This document shows, one piece after another, positions 41,416-51,424 of a stretch of 64,000 nucleotides of DNA (position 1 is the first letter of the stretch; every line of letters starts with the position of its first letter). The DNA is from an uncultured Methanosarcinales archaeon (GTDB lineage: Archaea > Nanobdellota > Nanobdellia > Woesearchaeales > JABMPP01): positions 62,001 to 126,000 of the forward strand of contig CAZSAD010000001.1 of the NCBI GenBank assembly GCA_964604995.1, written 5' to 3'. The notes under the pieces were generated by a model, which was not told the DNA's origin, searched no databases, and saw nothing but the letters and a program-made list of their open reading frames with translations. Made by a program: the position numbers and the translations under genes.

Positions 41416-41498
41416 TCTTGAGATGTGGGGACTAGCTTCCCTGAATCAGGACAAGGAACAAATAAAACATCAATATTGTCCACAATGTTGATTCCTTG
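41416..41498 (+). promoter_or_regulatory. Structured 5' leader of rpl15e (candidate eL15 autoregulatory leader RNA)
   Basis: Stem TCTTGA/TCAGGA enclosing GATGT-GGGGA/TTCCC-TGAA; second stem CAAGGAA..ATCAATATTG/CAATGTTGAT-TCCTTG; GGAGG RBS follows. Confidence 0.55.
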
Positions 41499-41523
41499 AC
41501 ATAAAACAACGGAGGCAAATAAA

Positions 41524-42105
41524 ATGGGAGCATACAAATATATGAGGGAGCTATGGAAGCAACCCAAGGCCAATTTAGAAGAAGTCTATAAAGAAAGACT
41601 CCAAAAATGGCGACAAGAAGATGTTACAGTAAGAGTCGAGCATCCAACAAGGCTTGACAGAGCACGTTCTTTAGGATATAAAGCAAAACAAGGCGTATTT
41701 GTTGTAAGGCAAAGAGTTCTAAGAGGCGGAAGGATGAGAGGCAAAGTCTCTGGTGGAAGAAGGCCAAAAACATTTAGGCACAGAAAAGTTTTGGGTATGT
41801 CTTACCAATGGATAGCTGAGAATAGGGCAAATAAACATTATATAAATTGCGAAGTTCTTGGTAGCTATTTTGTTGGAAAAGACGGTCAATACTATTGGTT
41901 TGAAATAATCATGGTTGATAAATCACATCCAGCCATAAAGGCAGATAAGGAATTAACATGGATAACAACTACCTCCTCAGTAAGTAGAGTCAATAGAGGA
42001 CTTACTGCAGCAGGAAAGAGAAGCCGTGGTATCTTAACCCACAAAGGTAAGGGTGCTGAAAAGTTAAGACCATCTTTAAGGGCTAACAAAGGAAGATCCA
42101 AATAA
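41524..42105 (+). CDS. rpl15e: 50S ribosomal protein L15e (eL15)
   Basis: MGAYKYMRELWK, PTRLDRARSLGYKAKQG, RGLTAAGKRSRG. Confidence 0.97.
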   Translation: MGAYKYMRELWKQPKANLEEVYKERLQKWRQEDVTVRVEHPTRLDRARSLGYKAKQGVFVVRQRVLRGGRMRGKVSGGRRPKTFRHRKVLGMSYQWIAENRANKHYINCEVLGSYFVGKDGQYYWFEIIMVDKSHPAIKADKELTWITTTSSVSRVNRGLTAAGKRSRGILTHKGKGAEKLRPSLRANKGRSK

Positions 42106-42185
42106 GGATTTTTCTTATTTTTTATTTTTATTTTTTAACATTTTATTTTATTTATATTCTATAAAAAAAGAGAAATTGAGGAACA

Positions 42186-42746
42186 ATGAATACTAATAAT
42201 GATAACTATAAAATTTTGGAAATGCATATAATACTTCCAAAACTGATAACTTCAAATATTGCAGACCTCGTAATAAATTTGGCATCCACAGATACTACCA
42301 TAAATTTCAATATCTCAAAACTTAAAGATAGCAGTATTCTTGCAAAATTTGAGGAGTATGATGGAAGTAAAATAATGGAACCAGAACACTTAGATTTGCT
42401 TCGCAGAAACGATGCTGGTTTTCTTATAGGATACAATCAAAAACACCAAATACTTACACTCTCCAATCCAGATAAAGCTACCGGGGCAATAGAAATAATT
42501 GGCAAGAAAATGATTTATCATGATAATGGGGTAAAATTAGACAACATATATGACAGCTATTTATTTGGGTCATCACATCTTAAATATTATACCGACAAAA
42601 ATTATGAAGATATACTACAAGAATTTTTACATAAAAAGTACCGATTATATCAAGGTAATCCAGATTCGCGATTCTTTTCTCCAAGACGAATAAACAAAAG
42701 CAAACTTAAAAATCTCAAACCTTTATCAATAGGCAATATTAAATAA
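42186..42746 (+). CDS. Hypothetical protein
   Basis: 186-aa ORF with GAGG RBS. Confidence 0.5.
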   Translation: MNTNNDNYKILEMHIILPKLITSNIADLVINLASTDTTINFNISKLKDSSILAKFEEYDGSKIMEPEHLDLLRRNDAGFLIGYNQKHQILTLSNPDKATGAIEIIGKKMIYHDNGVKLDNIYDSYLFGSSHLKYYTDKNYEDILQEFLHKKYRLYQGNPDSRFFSPRRINKSKLKNLKPLSIGNIK

Positions 42747-42831
42747 AATTAAAAAATCAAAACGCGATGAAATGTCTTCTACAAGTTAGTAAACAAAAAA
42801 TATATAAATAACTTTAACTACGTTTGGTAAC

Positions 42832-43026
42832 ATGAAACAACTATATGTATGTACTGCATGTAAATACAAATTCAAAAGAGACGAAAAACCCTCTAAATGT
42901 CCTTATTGTGGTGCAACCGGACAAATTGAAAAAGAGCGCTCAGCTCAAGAACTGCTCGATTCTTTAACTGATTTAGATGATGAGCTAGGCGATACTAGGC
43001 AAGAGATGGGCAAATATAAAAGATAA
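42832..43026 (+). CDS. Small zinc-ribbon protein
   Basis: YVCTAC...CPYCG with acidic tail. Confidence 0.75.
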   Translation: MKQLYVCTACKYKFKRDEKPSKCPYCGATGQIEKERSAQELLDSLTDLDDELGDTRQEMGKYKR

Positions 43027-43126
43027 ATCTAACCAATAGAATTCTATTAAAATAGGCAAATTCACTTCAAAACTACATTCTTAAGATAAATATTAAAGTA
43101 GTAGCTTTATTCTTATTATCTAAGAT

Positions 43127-44197
43127 ATGGTAAACTCAAATTTTCAAAAAAAAACCGTGAAAAAAATTAGAGGGATAACAATTGCAATAGTTGGTCTTGG
43201 AACACTTGGCAGCAGATGCGTACAATTCTTAGTAAATTCAAATAACTATAACCTTAAATCATTAATTTTTATTGATAGGGATATTGTCGAAGAGAAAAAT
43301 TTGGATATTCAATATCTTTACACTAAACCAGATTTGGGAAAACCAAAAGCATTAGCTGCAAAAAATAATTTATTATCGCAAAACAACTCTTCAAAAAATA
43401 AAAAATACAAAATAAATTACAAAATTAACAGTTTAATTGAAGATTTAAACTATAAAAATTTAAATCTACTAACATCAGCAGATTTAATTATTGATTGCAC
43501 TGATAATTTAGAAACAAGATTTCTAATAAATGAATATTGCAAAAAATTCAAAAAGCCATGGATACATGGCGCAGCAGCAGGTACAAAAGGAACAGTTGTA
43601 TTTTTTCCTTCAACTAAGAAAAGTCCTTGTTTAAGATGCATGTTAGACGATAAAAAAACAGGTGAGACCTGTGAAATGCAAGGTATAACTAATAAAACTG
43701 CTAATTTAGTTTCTAGTTTGCAATCAAAATTAGCTCTTCGTTTTTTAGTAACTTTAATCAATCAAAATACCCTACAAAATCCTAATAAAAATAATAAACA
43801 GCAAAATACTCTTGAAATGGTAAGATTCAACACTTCTATTAATAGCATTAAAAACAACTATAGCATTAAAAACAACTATTTTTTCAAAGTTAAATTTAAT
43901 CAAAATAACAAATGTCCAGTTTGCAAATCTAAATATTCATATTTAACTGGAAAAAAATCAACAAAAGTTGTAAAATTATGCGGAAAAAATCAATTTCAAA
44001 TACAACCCATAAGAAAATTTACAGTTAAAAAATGGCACACAATCAAAAAAAATTTAATAGAAAACTTAAATGCAAAAGATTTTTCTCATTGCATTGTTTT
44101 GCCAACAATTACTATTTTTTCAGATGGCAGAGCATTAATTTGTGCCAAAGATGATAAATCTGCAAAAACAATTTATTCAACAATAATTGGCAATTAA
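43127..44197 (+). CDS. ThiF/MoeB-family E1-like adenylyltransferase
   Basis: VGLGTLG, DRDIVEEKNL..Q, DCTDN, PCLRC, ETCE, CPVC, C-terminal LCGKN...FSDGRALI. Confidence 0.88.
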   Translation: MVNSNFQKKTVKKIRGITIAIVGLGTLGSRCVQFLVNSNNYNLKSLIFIDRDIVEEKNLDIQYLYTKPDLGKPKALAAKNNLLSQNNSSKNKKYKINYKINSLIEDLNYKNLNLLTSADLIIDCTDNLETRFLINEYCKKFKKPWIHGAAAGTKGTVVFFPSTKKSPCLRCMLDDKKTGETCEMQGITNKTANLVSSLQSKLALRFLVTLINQNTLQNPNKNNKQQNTLEMVRFNTSINSIKNNYSIKNNYFFKVKFNQNNKCPVCKSKYSYLTGKKSTKVVKLCGKNQFQIQPIRKFTVKKWHTIKKNLIENLNAKDFSHCIVLPTITIFSDGRALICAKDDKSAKTIYSTIIGN

Positions 44198-44218
44198 TAT
44201 TTTTTTATAAATTTTATT

Positions 44219-45055
44219 TTAAACGTATATTTTTCTTTTTACAAAAAACCAGTATCCCAATAATAACAAGGTGTAACTATACTGGGATATTACTTGAATC
44301 CATTCAGGTTTTGAGTACCATCCAAAAAGTACATAAAGTGGCAGTCCCACTATCCCTTCTTTATGATTCAAAATTGTTCCTGAAAAATCAAAAGCTTTTG
44401 ATAATAAAATTTTTCCACTACTACTGTCATCAATATAATTTAAATTTTTTAAAGCAGATAACCCTTCATGTATTCCATAACCTAATAAAAATCCTGCTTG
44501 AAGAATTAAATAAATAAGTGTAATTTTAAATATCGTATGAAGCTTTACTTTTACAATAGAATTATTTATCAAAAAAACTAAGGCTATTGAACATAAAATT
44601 CCAGTCATTATTGGAAATATGCCATATTTTCCTGCAAAAGAAAAAATAGCAATTTCAGCTCCTTCTCTTGCAACCATAATTAAAGCTAACAAAAATATCC
44701 CCTTTTTTGAGAGTGACTTATTTGCTTTTTTCTCTATATGTGATTTAATTGAATTTCCATGTTTTATCATCCATATAATAAATCCTGTGATAAGAATAAC
44801 TGCAAAAATACTAGACAAACTTTCCCACAACTGAGTTGTGCTATCTACACTATTGAAAAATTTAGATACAAAGAAAAGTAAAAACCCAATCAGAATTGAA
44901 AGCATAACTCCTATAAATGCGCCTTGCCAAACGCTTATTTTAAATTTTTTATTATTTGTTTTATCAAGAAATTTTAGCAAAATTACCATTATCAAAAATG
45001 CTTCTAATCCTTCTCTAAATGAGACAATAAATCCTTGTAAAAAAGTTCCATCCAT
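44219..45055 (-). CDS. FTR1-family iron/lead permease
   Basis: Two RExxE motifs (FREGLEA, AREGAEI); multi-TM. Confidence 0.9.
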   Translation of the reverse strand: MDGTFLQGFIVSFREGLEAFLIMVILLKFLDKTNNKKFKISVWQGAFIGVMLSILIGFLLFFVSKFFNSVDSTTQLWESLSSIFAVILITGFIIWMIKHGNSIKSHIEKKANKSLSKKGIFLLALIMVAREGAEIAIFSFAGKYGIFPIMTGILCSIALVFLINNSIVKVKLHTIFKITLIYLILQAGFLLGYGIHEGLSALKNLNYIDDSSSGKILLSKAFDFSGTILNHKEGIVGLPLYVLFGWYSKPEWIQVISQYSYTLLLLGYWFFVKRKIYV

Positions 45056-45272
45056 TTTAACAAAATCCTTTGATAATCTTATTTATTAATTATTTTTAAT
45101 TGATTATTTAATAATTATTCATCACTTGATAAATCATTAACTATTGTTAATTAGTTTTTTAATATCTATTTATACCTTTGCACTTGTTACAATAAATGCA
45201 TAACTTTCTAAATATGTATTATTCTAGGTCATTTACAAAAAATATTTAAAGTCCCAACAACTAATCTAATTT

Positions 45273-45614
45273 ATGATAGACACAGTTGTTGGCATTGCAT
45301 GTTTGCCAGTTGGAGTAATACTTTTCCTAAATGAATATGGAATAACTAATATTAATACTATTTTTGGGTTCAATATTTTGATTATAGCAGCCATTGCTCT
45401 TATTTTAATTCAAGTATCAAATATTTTAGGCGCGCACATAATGGATGAAAATGTATTTTTAAGTTATATCATACACGCATTCATGATTTTCCCTTCACTC
45501 ATTTTCTTTTTATCAAAAATTGGGGTAGGTATGCCTCAAAATATAATAACTAGTTTACCAATTGTTTTTGCATCATTCATATTAATTGAAGGAATGTATA
45601 GTTTTTTCTTTTAA
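45273..45614 (+). CDS. Small 4-TM membrane protein
   Basis: 113 aa, highly hydrophobic. Confidence 0.6.
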   Translation: MIDTVVGIACLPVGVILFLNEYGITNINTIFGFNILIIAAIALILIQVSNILGAHIMDENVFLSYIIHAFMIFPSLIFFLSKIGVGMPQNIITSLPIVFASFILIEGMYSFFF

Positions 45615-45786
45615 TTTATTTTAAAATATTTTGAATTTTTTATCTCCAAATTTATTTCTAAATTTGTAGTTAATGTAGTTAATTATCTTTGATCATCGGA
45701 TTTAAATCCATTAAGTATATTGTTTGTCAATTAAATAGGAAGTTTTATAAACAAATCTTAATTTTAATATTAAATAATATTAAGGG

Positions 45787-46443
45787 GTGGACAAAATGGC
45801 ATTAAAAAATATCATGGTAGCGCCAGTTGGCGATGAAAGCGATATGGATACATTATTCATTGGTTTAAGAGAATTCTCAACAGAAAAAATATATTTAATT
45901 TCAAGAAAAAGTAAACTAGACCTAGCAAAGAAGACTAAATCAGAACTTGATAAATTTCATGTTCCTGTAATAATAATTGAAATTGCAGACAATAACTTAT
46001 GGGAAGAGACTTTTAAAGCTATATCAGACATAAAAAGTATTGAGAAAGACAAAAGTATTCTAATTAATGTCGGAACTGGAGATAAACCTAGTAGATGCGC
46101 ATCAACTAGTGCAGCATTTGTCAATGGTCTTAAAGCATTTGACGTTATAGATAATGAGTTAATGATGCTCCCTGTTTTGAAATTTTCTTATTATAAACAG
46201 CTAACTGACAAAAAAATGGATATTCTAAAAATATTGAACAACAAGGATTGCTGCTCTTCACTTGAACAACTAAGCAAGAAAACAAACATGAGCCTTCCGT
46301 TAATAAGTTATCATGTCAATGGTAATTTAAAGTCTGAAGGTTTAAAAGATTTGGGTCTTGTTGAAACTGCAGAATTCAAAGGAAAGATTGAAGTAAGACT
46401 CACAACACTTGGCAAAATGTTGATAAAAGGATACGTAAAATAA
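45787..46443 (+). CDS. CARF-like (DUF6293-type) Rossmann domain plus winged-HTH transcriptional regulator
   Basis: EKIYLI, ILINVGTGDK..ASTSAAF; LTDKKMDILKIL..SLEQLSKKTNMSLPLISYH...LTTLGK. Confidence 0.75.
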   Translation: MDKMALKNIMVAPVGDESDMDTLFIGLREFSTEKIYLISRKSKLDLAKKTKSELDKFHVPVIIIEIADNNLWEETFKAISDIKSIEKDKSILINVGTGDKPSRCASTSAAFVNGLKAFDVIDNELMMLPVLKFSYYKQLTDKKMDILKILNNKDCCSSLEQLSKKTNMSLPLISYHVNGNLKSEGLKDLGLVETAEFKGKIEVRLTTLGKMLIKGYVK

Positions 46444-46556
46444 ACAATATAAAAATAGATAATCAATTTTTCTTTTTTTATTTTTCAAAATTATTTTTCA
46501 TCTTATTATTTTTTCATTTATTCTTATTTTCTAATTTTCCTATTTTTTCTATCAAC

Positions 46557-47075
46557 TTATTTCGTTAAGTACCAAAAATTAGTAAGGAGAATTAAAATAA
46601 CAATTATTTGTACTTCTATTCCATTAAATGGCATAGCAATCCAAGAAAAACTCAAGCCAAACAAGCTAAAAATTAAAGGAAACAATCCTGTTATACAAAC
46701 AGGGCAAATTCCTGTTGCAAGTCCACCAATTGTTGCAGCACAAGTTACTGCTCCGCTTTTTTTAACGTCTTTTCTTTGTTTATGTTTTATATAAGTTAAA
46801 ATCGAATTTATAGAAATTAAAACTGCAATTATCAATGCAAAAAAAGCAGATAAAATAAGTTTTGTCCAATTGATTGTATCAAAATAATTCGACATATAAA
46901 TATATTTTACAGTAATATAAAATTGACTGGTTAAAATATTAACTGTCAAATAAAAAATGATTATTCCAAAAAACCAAAATATGTACTTCTTTTGAAAAAC
47001 AGATGATAAATTAGCTTTAATGCTCCCAATAGTTTTTCTATTGTTCAAATTGTTATCAATTTTAGTAAGTAACAT
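46557..47075 (-). CDS. Membrane protein with CxxC in TM region (metal-transport-like)
   Basis: 4 TM; ATGICPVC. Confidence 0.6.
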   Translation of the reverse strand: MLLTKIDNNLNNRKTIGSIKANLSSVFQKKYIFWFFGIIIFYLTVNILTSQFYITVKYIYMSNYFDTINWTKLILSAFFALIIAVLISINSILTYIKHKQRKDVKKSGAVTCAATIGGLATGICPVCITGLFPLIFSLFGLSFSWIAMPFNGIEVQIIVILILLTNFWYLTK

Positions 47076-47102
47076 TGTGTTTTTGATATACTATTTTATT
47101 TA

Positions 47103-47561
47103 TTATATAACAATTAATTTTCCTTTTCCCATCCCCATAGAGCAAGAAAATGCAAAAGTGCCAGTTTGGGTTGGTGTAAATTGCATCGAATTATCTGATG
47201 GATTGAATGTTTTAGTTAATTGCATGGAAGGGATTGTAAATGACCTATAACACCCTTGAACTTTACTTGTATCTGCAACAATTTTAACGGGAATATCTTT
47301 CTTGACTCTGATTACATCTGGATAATAATTATAATTTACCATTGAAAGCTCTACTGTTTGAATGCCATTAACCATAATTGCATCAACAGCTCTCGATGAA
47401 TCAGTACCTTCATTTTGATAGTTTTTATTTATTTGTCCGCTATTTTTGTTATCAACTAATAAATAATTTGTAGTAGCAAAAATAATTATTGCAATAATTA
47501 TAATTCCAGCTATTAGTGGCAATGTTCCAATCCCTTTTTTATTAGAATAAAAATTTACCAT
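47103..47561 (-). CDS. Membrane-anchored cupredoxin-domain protein
   Basis: YYPDVIRVKKDIPV, GCYRSF, FTPTQTGTFAFSCSMGM. Confidence 0.88.
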   Translation of the reverse strand: MVNFYSNKKGIGTLPLIAGIIIIAIIIFATTNYLLVDNKNSGQINKNYQNEGTDSSRAVDAIMVNGIQTVELSMVNYNYYPDVIRVKKDIPVKIVADTSKVQGCYRSFTIPSMQLTKTFNPSDNSMQFTPTQTGTFAFSCSMGMGKGKLIVI

Positions 47562-47651
47562 TATAAATTCTTTATTTAATTCTTTATAAATATGATGTTG
47601 AATAAAAAAATAATCTCTTAAACTAAATTAAACCTTTTTTTCTTATTTTAT

Positions 47652-48479
47652 CTATCTATTCATTTTATATTCTTTTAGAAGTACATAAGCACCAATTACA
47701 AACATCCACAAACTAAATATCTGTCCAACCGGAATCCCAAAATACATTGTTTCAGGCTCTTTCCAAAATTCAATGATAAATCTCATTGCACCATACATTA
47801 TTACAAATACCCAAAAAAAGTATCCTTTCTTGTAATGTTTAGATGTTTTTAATGCTTTTTGCTGCCAGCTAAACAAAAAAGCAAATATAATAAAATTTTT
47901 AATGCTTTCATAAATTTGAGTTGGATGCCTAAATCCTTCTGCAGATTTGAATTTTACTGCCCAGAAAACAGTTGTAATTTTGCCATAAAGTTCTCCATTA
48001 ATAAAATTAGCAATTCTACCAAGAGCTAAACCAAGTGCAGCTGGAACAACAAGGGCATCAGCAATATCATAAAATCCAATCTTATGTTTTTCGTGTTTAA
48101 TTTCATTTTTATCCATTTTGGTGATTTTTTTATTGTGAAATTTTAAATATAACCAAGTTGCAATTATCGCACCAACAAGTCCCCCATGAAATGACAATCC
48201 CCCATTCCAGTAGGCAATAATTTGCTTCGGATTAGAAAAATAATAACTTGACTGATAAAATAAAACTTCAAAAACTCTAGCACCTACCAAAACTCCTAAA
48301 ATCAAATATATTGAAAAATCATAAACCTCATTTTCATCTAATCCTAAAACTTTTTTTCTTGATAAATACAATAGATACCAAACTGTAAACAAAAAACCAA
48401 ATGCATAAATAATTCCATAATACCTTATTTCTAATCCAAAAATTCTAAATAAGATCGGATCAATATTATTTACAAACAT
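47652..48479 (-). CDS. lgt: Prolipoprotein diacylglyceryl transferase (bacterial-type)
   Basis: EIRYYG, GARVF, GGLSFHGG, GRIANFINGELYG, RHPTQIYE, RFIIEFWKEP. Confidence 0.93.
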   Translation of the reverse strand: MFVNNIDPILFRIFGLEIRYYGIIYAFGFLFTVWYLLYLSRKKVLGLDENEVYDFSIYLILGVLVGARVFEVLFYQSSYYFSNPKQIIAYWNGGLSFHGGLVGAIIATWLYLKFHNKKITKMDKNEIKHEKHKIGFYDIADALVVPAALGLALGRIANFINGELYGKITTVFWAVKFKSAEGFRHPTQIYESIKNFIIFAFLFSWQQKALKTSKHYKKGYFFWVFVIMYGAMRFIIEFWKEPETMYFGIPVGQIFSLWMFVIGAYVLLKEYKMNR

Positions 48480-48509
48480 TTTTTGTCCCTTTTTATACTA
48501 TCTTTTTCT

Positions 48510-49319
48510 TTATATATTTTTTAAACTATTTTCAACAGCTAATAAAAAATACACCCTATTATACAAATGTGCAAGATACAAAACTATTATGACTATTACT
48601 CCTGCAAAAATAAAAAAATTTGAGTATACATTGTTCAAAACTTCTTCTTTAAGAGTCCATCTTATTAAAAAATCAAAAAAAGTAAGTACAACAATCAAAA
48701 ATAGTGCAGCTAATAATAATACAAAATATGTAAATGCATATTTTTTGAATTTACCAAACCCTATAAAAAATCCTAATTTATAACTTTTCCAGAATCCATT
48801 TTCAAATAAGAATGCCGTATGACTAATATTTGCTAAAGGATATATCAAAATAAAAATTACAATTAATGTCATTGCAACACTATTCAAAATAAGTGACTGA
48901 CTAACAAACCCCATATAAATTATTGTTAAAATAATCATCATTAAAAAGATGGTTATGCCCCACAAAAGATTCAATAAAAAAAATTCAGGTAATCTGTTAT
49001 ACTCCATTATATGTTCATCTTTATTTATTTTTGATAATAAAAACTGTTTTGTAATTGAAACTACTACAAATTTGGTGCAAGAATAAATTACTACTACTAA
49101 AAATAAATAAATCAATCTTTGCCAAATTGGTGAATTATACTCTGATAATACACCACTAAAGAAAAACGTAGTTACATACAATAATAATAAAAAAAGCAAA
49201 TCAAAAATTATTGATAACCATAAAATATATTTTTTTGATTTTATCTTTAAAAGTGCTTCTTTTGCTTTAGAATTGTTCCATCTCTCTTTCCACTTTTTAG
49301 GGAGTTTATTCACTTTCAT
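48510..49319 (-). CDS. Multi-pass membrane protein
   Basis: About 6 hydrophobic segments. Confidence 0.6.
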   Translation of the reverse strand: MKVNKLPKKWKERWNNSKAKEALLKIKSKKYILWLSIIFDLLFLLLLYVTTFFFSGVLSEYNSPIWQRLIYLFLVVVIYSCTKFVVVSITKQFLLSKINKDEHIMEYNRLPEFFLLNLLWGITIFLMMIILTIIYMGFVSQSLILNSVAMTLIVIFILIYPLANISHTAFLFENGFWKSYKLGFFIGFGKFKKYAFTYFVLLLAALFLIVVLTFFDFLIRWTLKEEVLNNVYSNFFIFAGVIVIIVLYLAHLYNRVYFLLAVENSLKNI

Positions 49320-49430
49320 TTTTTAACCCTATTCTAAAATATTTTTTATTATAAACTAAATCCAATAAAACTTATATTAATTATAAATAAAAATTTAAAA
49401 AAATAAAATTAATTAAATCCTTCAAATATT

Positions 49431-50898
49431 TTATTGACCAACATCAACTGTTCCTTGTGCAGCTGGTTTACCTATAATTTGTCCAGTTGATAAATCCTTA
49501 AAAACAGATCCGCTCATAAGGCCAGGATTTCTAAATATATAACTACCATCCTTTTCAATTGAACCAACACTTGGCCAAACTTGTTGCAATCCTGGATAAA
49601 TACTAGCTTCTTTTGATATAACAACAGTTGGTACTTGGGTAATATTATATTTTGCAATTAATGCTTTTCCAATGTTATCCGAAATATCAACATATGTTTC
49701 ACTGCTAAATTTCATTCCAAATCTTTCTAGGATTGCTTTGTGAACACTCACATTATAACATGTTGTGCAACTTTTATCTGACAAATAAGTTAGATCAACC
49801 AAACCTTCAACTTTATTTGTTGTAAGGTCTAAATAAGGTACGCCAATTGCCTGAGGTGTTCTCATTATAAATGAACCATCTTGTTCAATTGTTCCGATAA
49901 CTGGCCATGCCTGGGCAACTTGGTCATAATAATTAATATCATTTGAAAATATCAAAGTTGGTACTTTAGTAATATTATACTTTTCAACAAGTGCTAATCC
50001 AGCATTTGATGTTACTTCAACTTCATTTTTTTCTGTAAACTTCATACCAAATCCTTCAAATTGTGTTATTATTACATTCAAATCTTGGCAATTTGTGCAA
50101 TCACTTGCTTTTAGATAAGTTAATTTAATCAATCCTTTAACTTGTCCAGTTGCAACATCAGTGTATGGTGCCAAAGTTTCAAGCAAAACCAAAGCATCAT
50201 CTTTCTTTTCAAACTTAGGTATTGTCAAATTTGATACTTCTCCTTTTACTACTATTGTTGGAACTTTTGTTAATCCATATTTTTTAACCAATGCCAATCC
50301 TGCTTCAGAATCATACTCAACAGAATTTTCAGCTGTTACATTTATATTTAATCCTTTAACTGCTGTTACAAGTTCAGTGACATCATAGCAATCTAAACAT
50401 TTGCTATTTGTGAGGGTTGTTATTTGAACTTTTGGTACAATTGTTTCTGGTGCATTATTATTTGGTGCCTTTGTACTGAAAAATCCTATCATCTGCATAA
50501 CTAAAACAATATTTGCGATTAATACAACTGCAAGTAGTGCATAAAGCCAAATCTTTGTTTTGGGTCCTTTTTTATCTTCTGCAGTATCTACTTTATCAGC
50601 ACTTTTTTTATGTGTTAATTGTGCTTGTTTTTTTGCAGCTTTCTTTTTATGCCTTTTTGCAGCTTTCTTTTGAGAAGAGGTTTGTTTTGTCTCTTTTTTA
50701 TCTTCTTTAATATCNNNNNNNNNNTGATTCATTAGAAGTTTCTTCTTGCTCTTCTTTTGTATTGTCCGATGAAGTTTGATCAGAATCAGTTTGCTCTTCT
50801 GAAGAATTTGAATTTTCATCTTCTTGATCTAAATTTTCACTATCGGTCTGCTTTTCATCTATCGCATCCTTAGTTAAATTCTTTTTTTTATCTGCCAT
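49431..50898 (-). CDS. Membrane-anchored protein with three thioredoxin-like CxxC repeats (one gene across 10-N gap)
   Basis: Acidic/basic N-term MADKKK..., TM, then CLDC/CTNC/CTTC each followed by L..KY.(I/L)T(K/Q)VPT cis-Pro motif. Confidence 0.75.
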
Positions 50899-51122
50899 AG
50901 TAACACCCTTTTGCTTAACTCTTGCATTTATTTTGCAAGGTATGTTAGATAATGCTTATTAAACAAAAATTTCCACCTCTTTAAAAACATTAGCTAAATT
51001 GTTAAATTATTAAGTAAATTATTATTTAAGTAACTTATTTGGTTATGTATGCAGGTTATGAATGCATATTAATTTTAGAAAAACAAAAATATTAAAATAC
51101 TACTACAAATTATATTCTAATT

Positions 51123-51398
51123 ATGAACAAACAATCACAATCTGTTAGTTTACCAAAGCCTTGGCATCAAATCGATAAGGACGATGAGGATCACATATAT
51201 GTATATAAAACTGATAAAACAGATGATGATCCGCACTACTATGATAGGTCATTAGAAATAGTAAAAGAGCAAGGTGGTTATGGTGTTTATGCAAGAAAAG
51301 GCAAAGAAAGAGATGCCAAAGAAGTATTTCACCAAATATTCGAAGTAAAATCAGATGCACAAAGGAAAATAAAAGAACTCATGGAAAAAGGATTTTAA
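51123..51398 (+). CDS. Hypothetical protein (weak WGR-like C-terminus)
   Basis: YGVYARKGK...F..KSDAQRKIKELMEKGF. Confidence 0.5.
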   Translation: MNKQSQSVSLPKPWHQIDKDDEDHIYVYKTDKTDDDPHYYDRSLEIVKEQGGYGVYARKGKERDAKEVFHQIFEVKSDAQRKIKELMEKGF

Positions 51399-51424
51399 AT
51401 CTCAATTTAAACACCACTATATTT

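Noticed and set aside
42832..43026. RNA polymerase subunit P (Rpo12)
   Set aside because: Zn ribbon lacks the typical C-terminal RIL.K.R motif and has an acidic tail; not in rpoP context
50707..50898. Separate 63-aa gene and the alternative 50819 start
   Set aside because: Frame break at a 10-N gap; best read as the N-terminus of the CxxC-repeat protein
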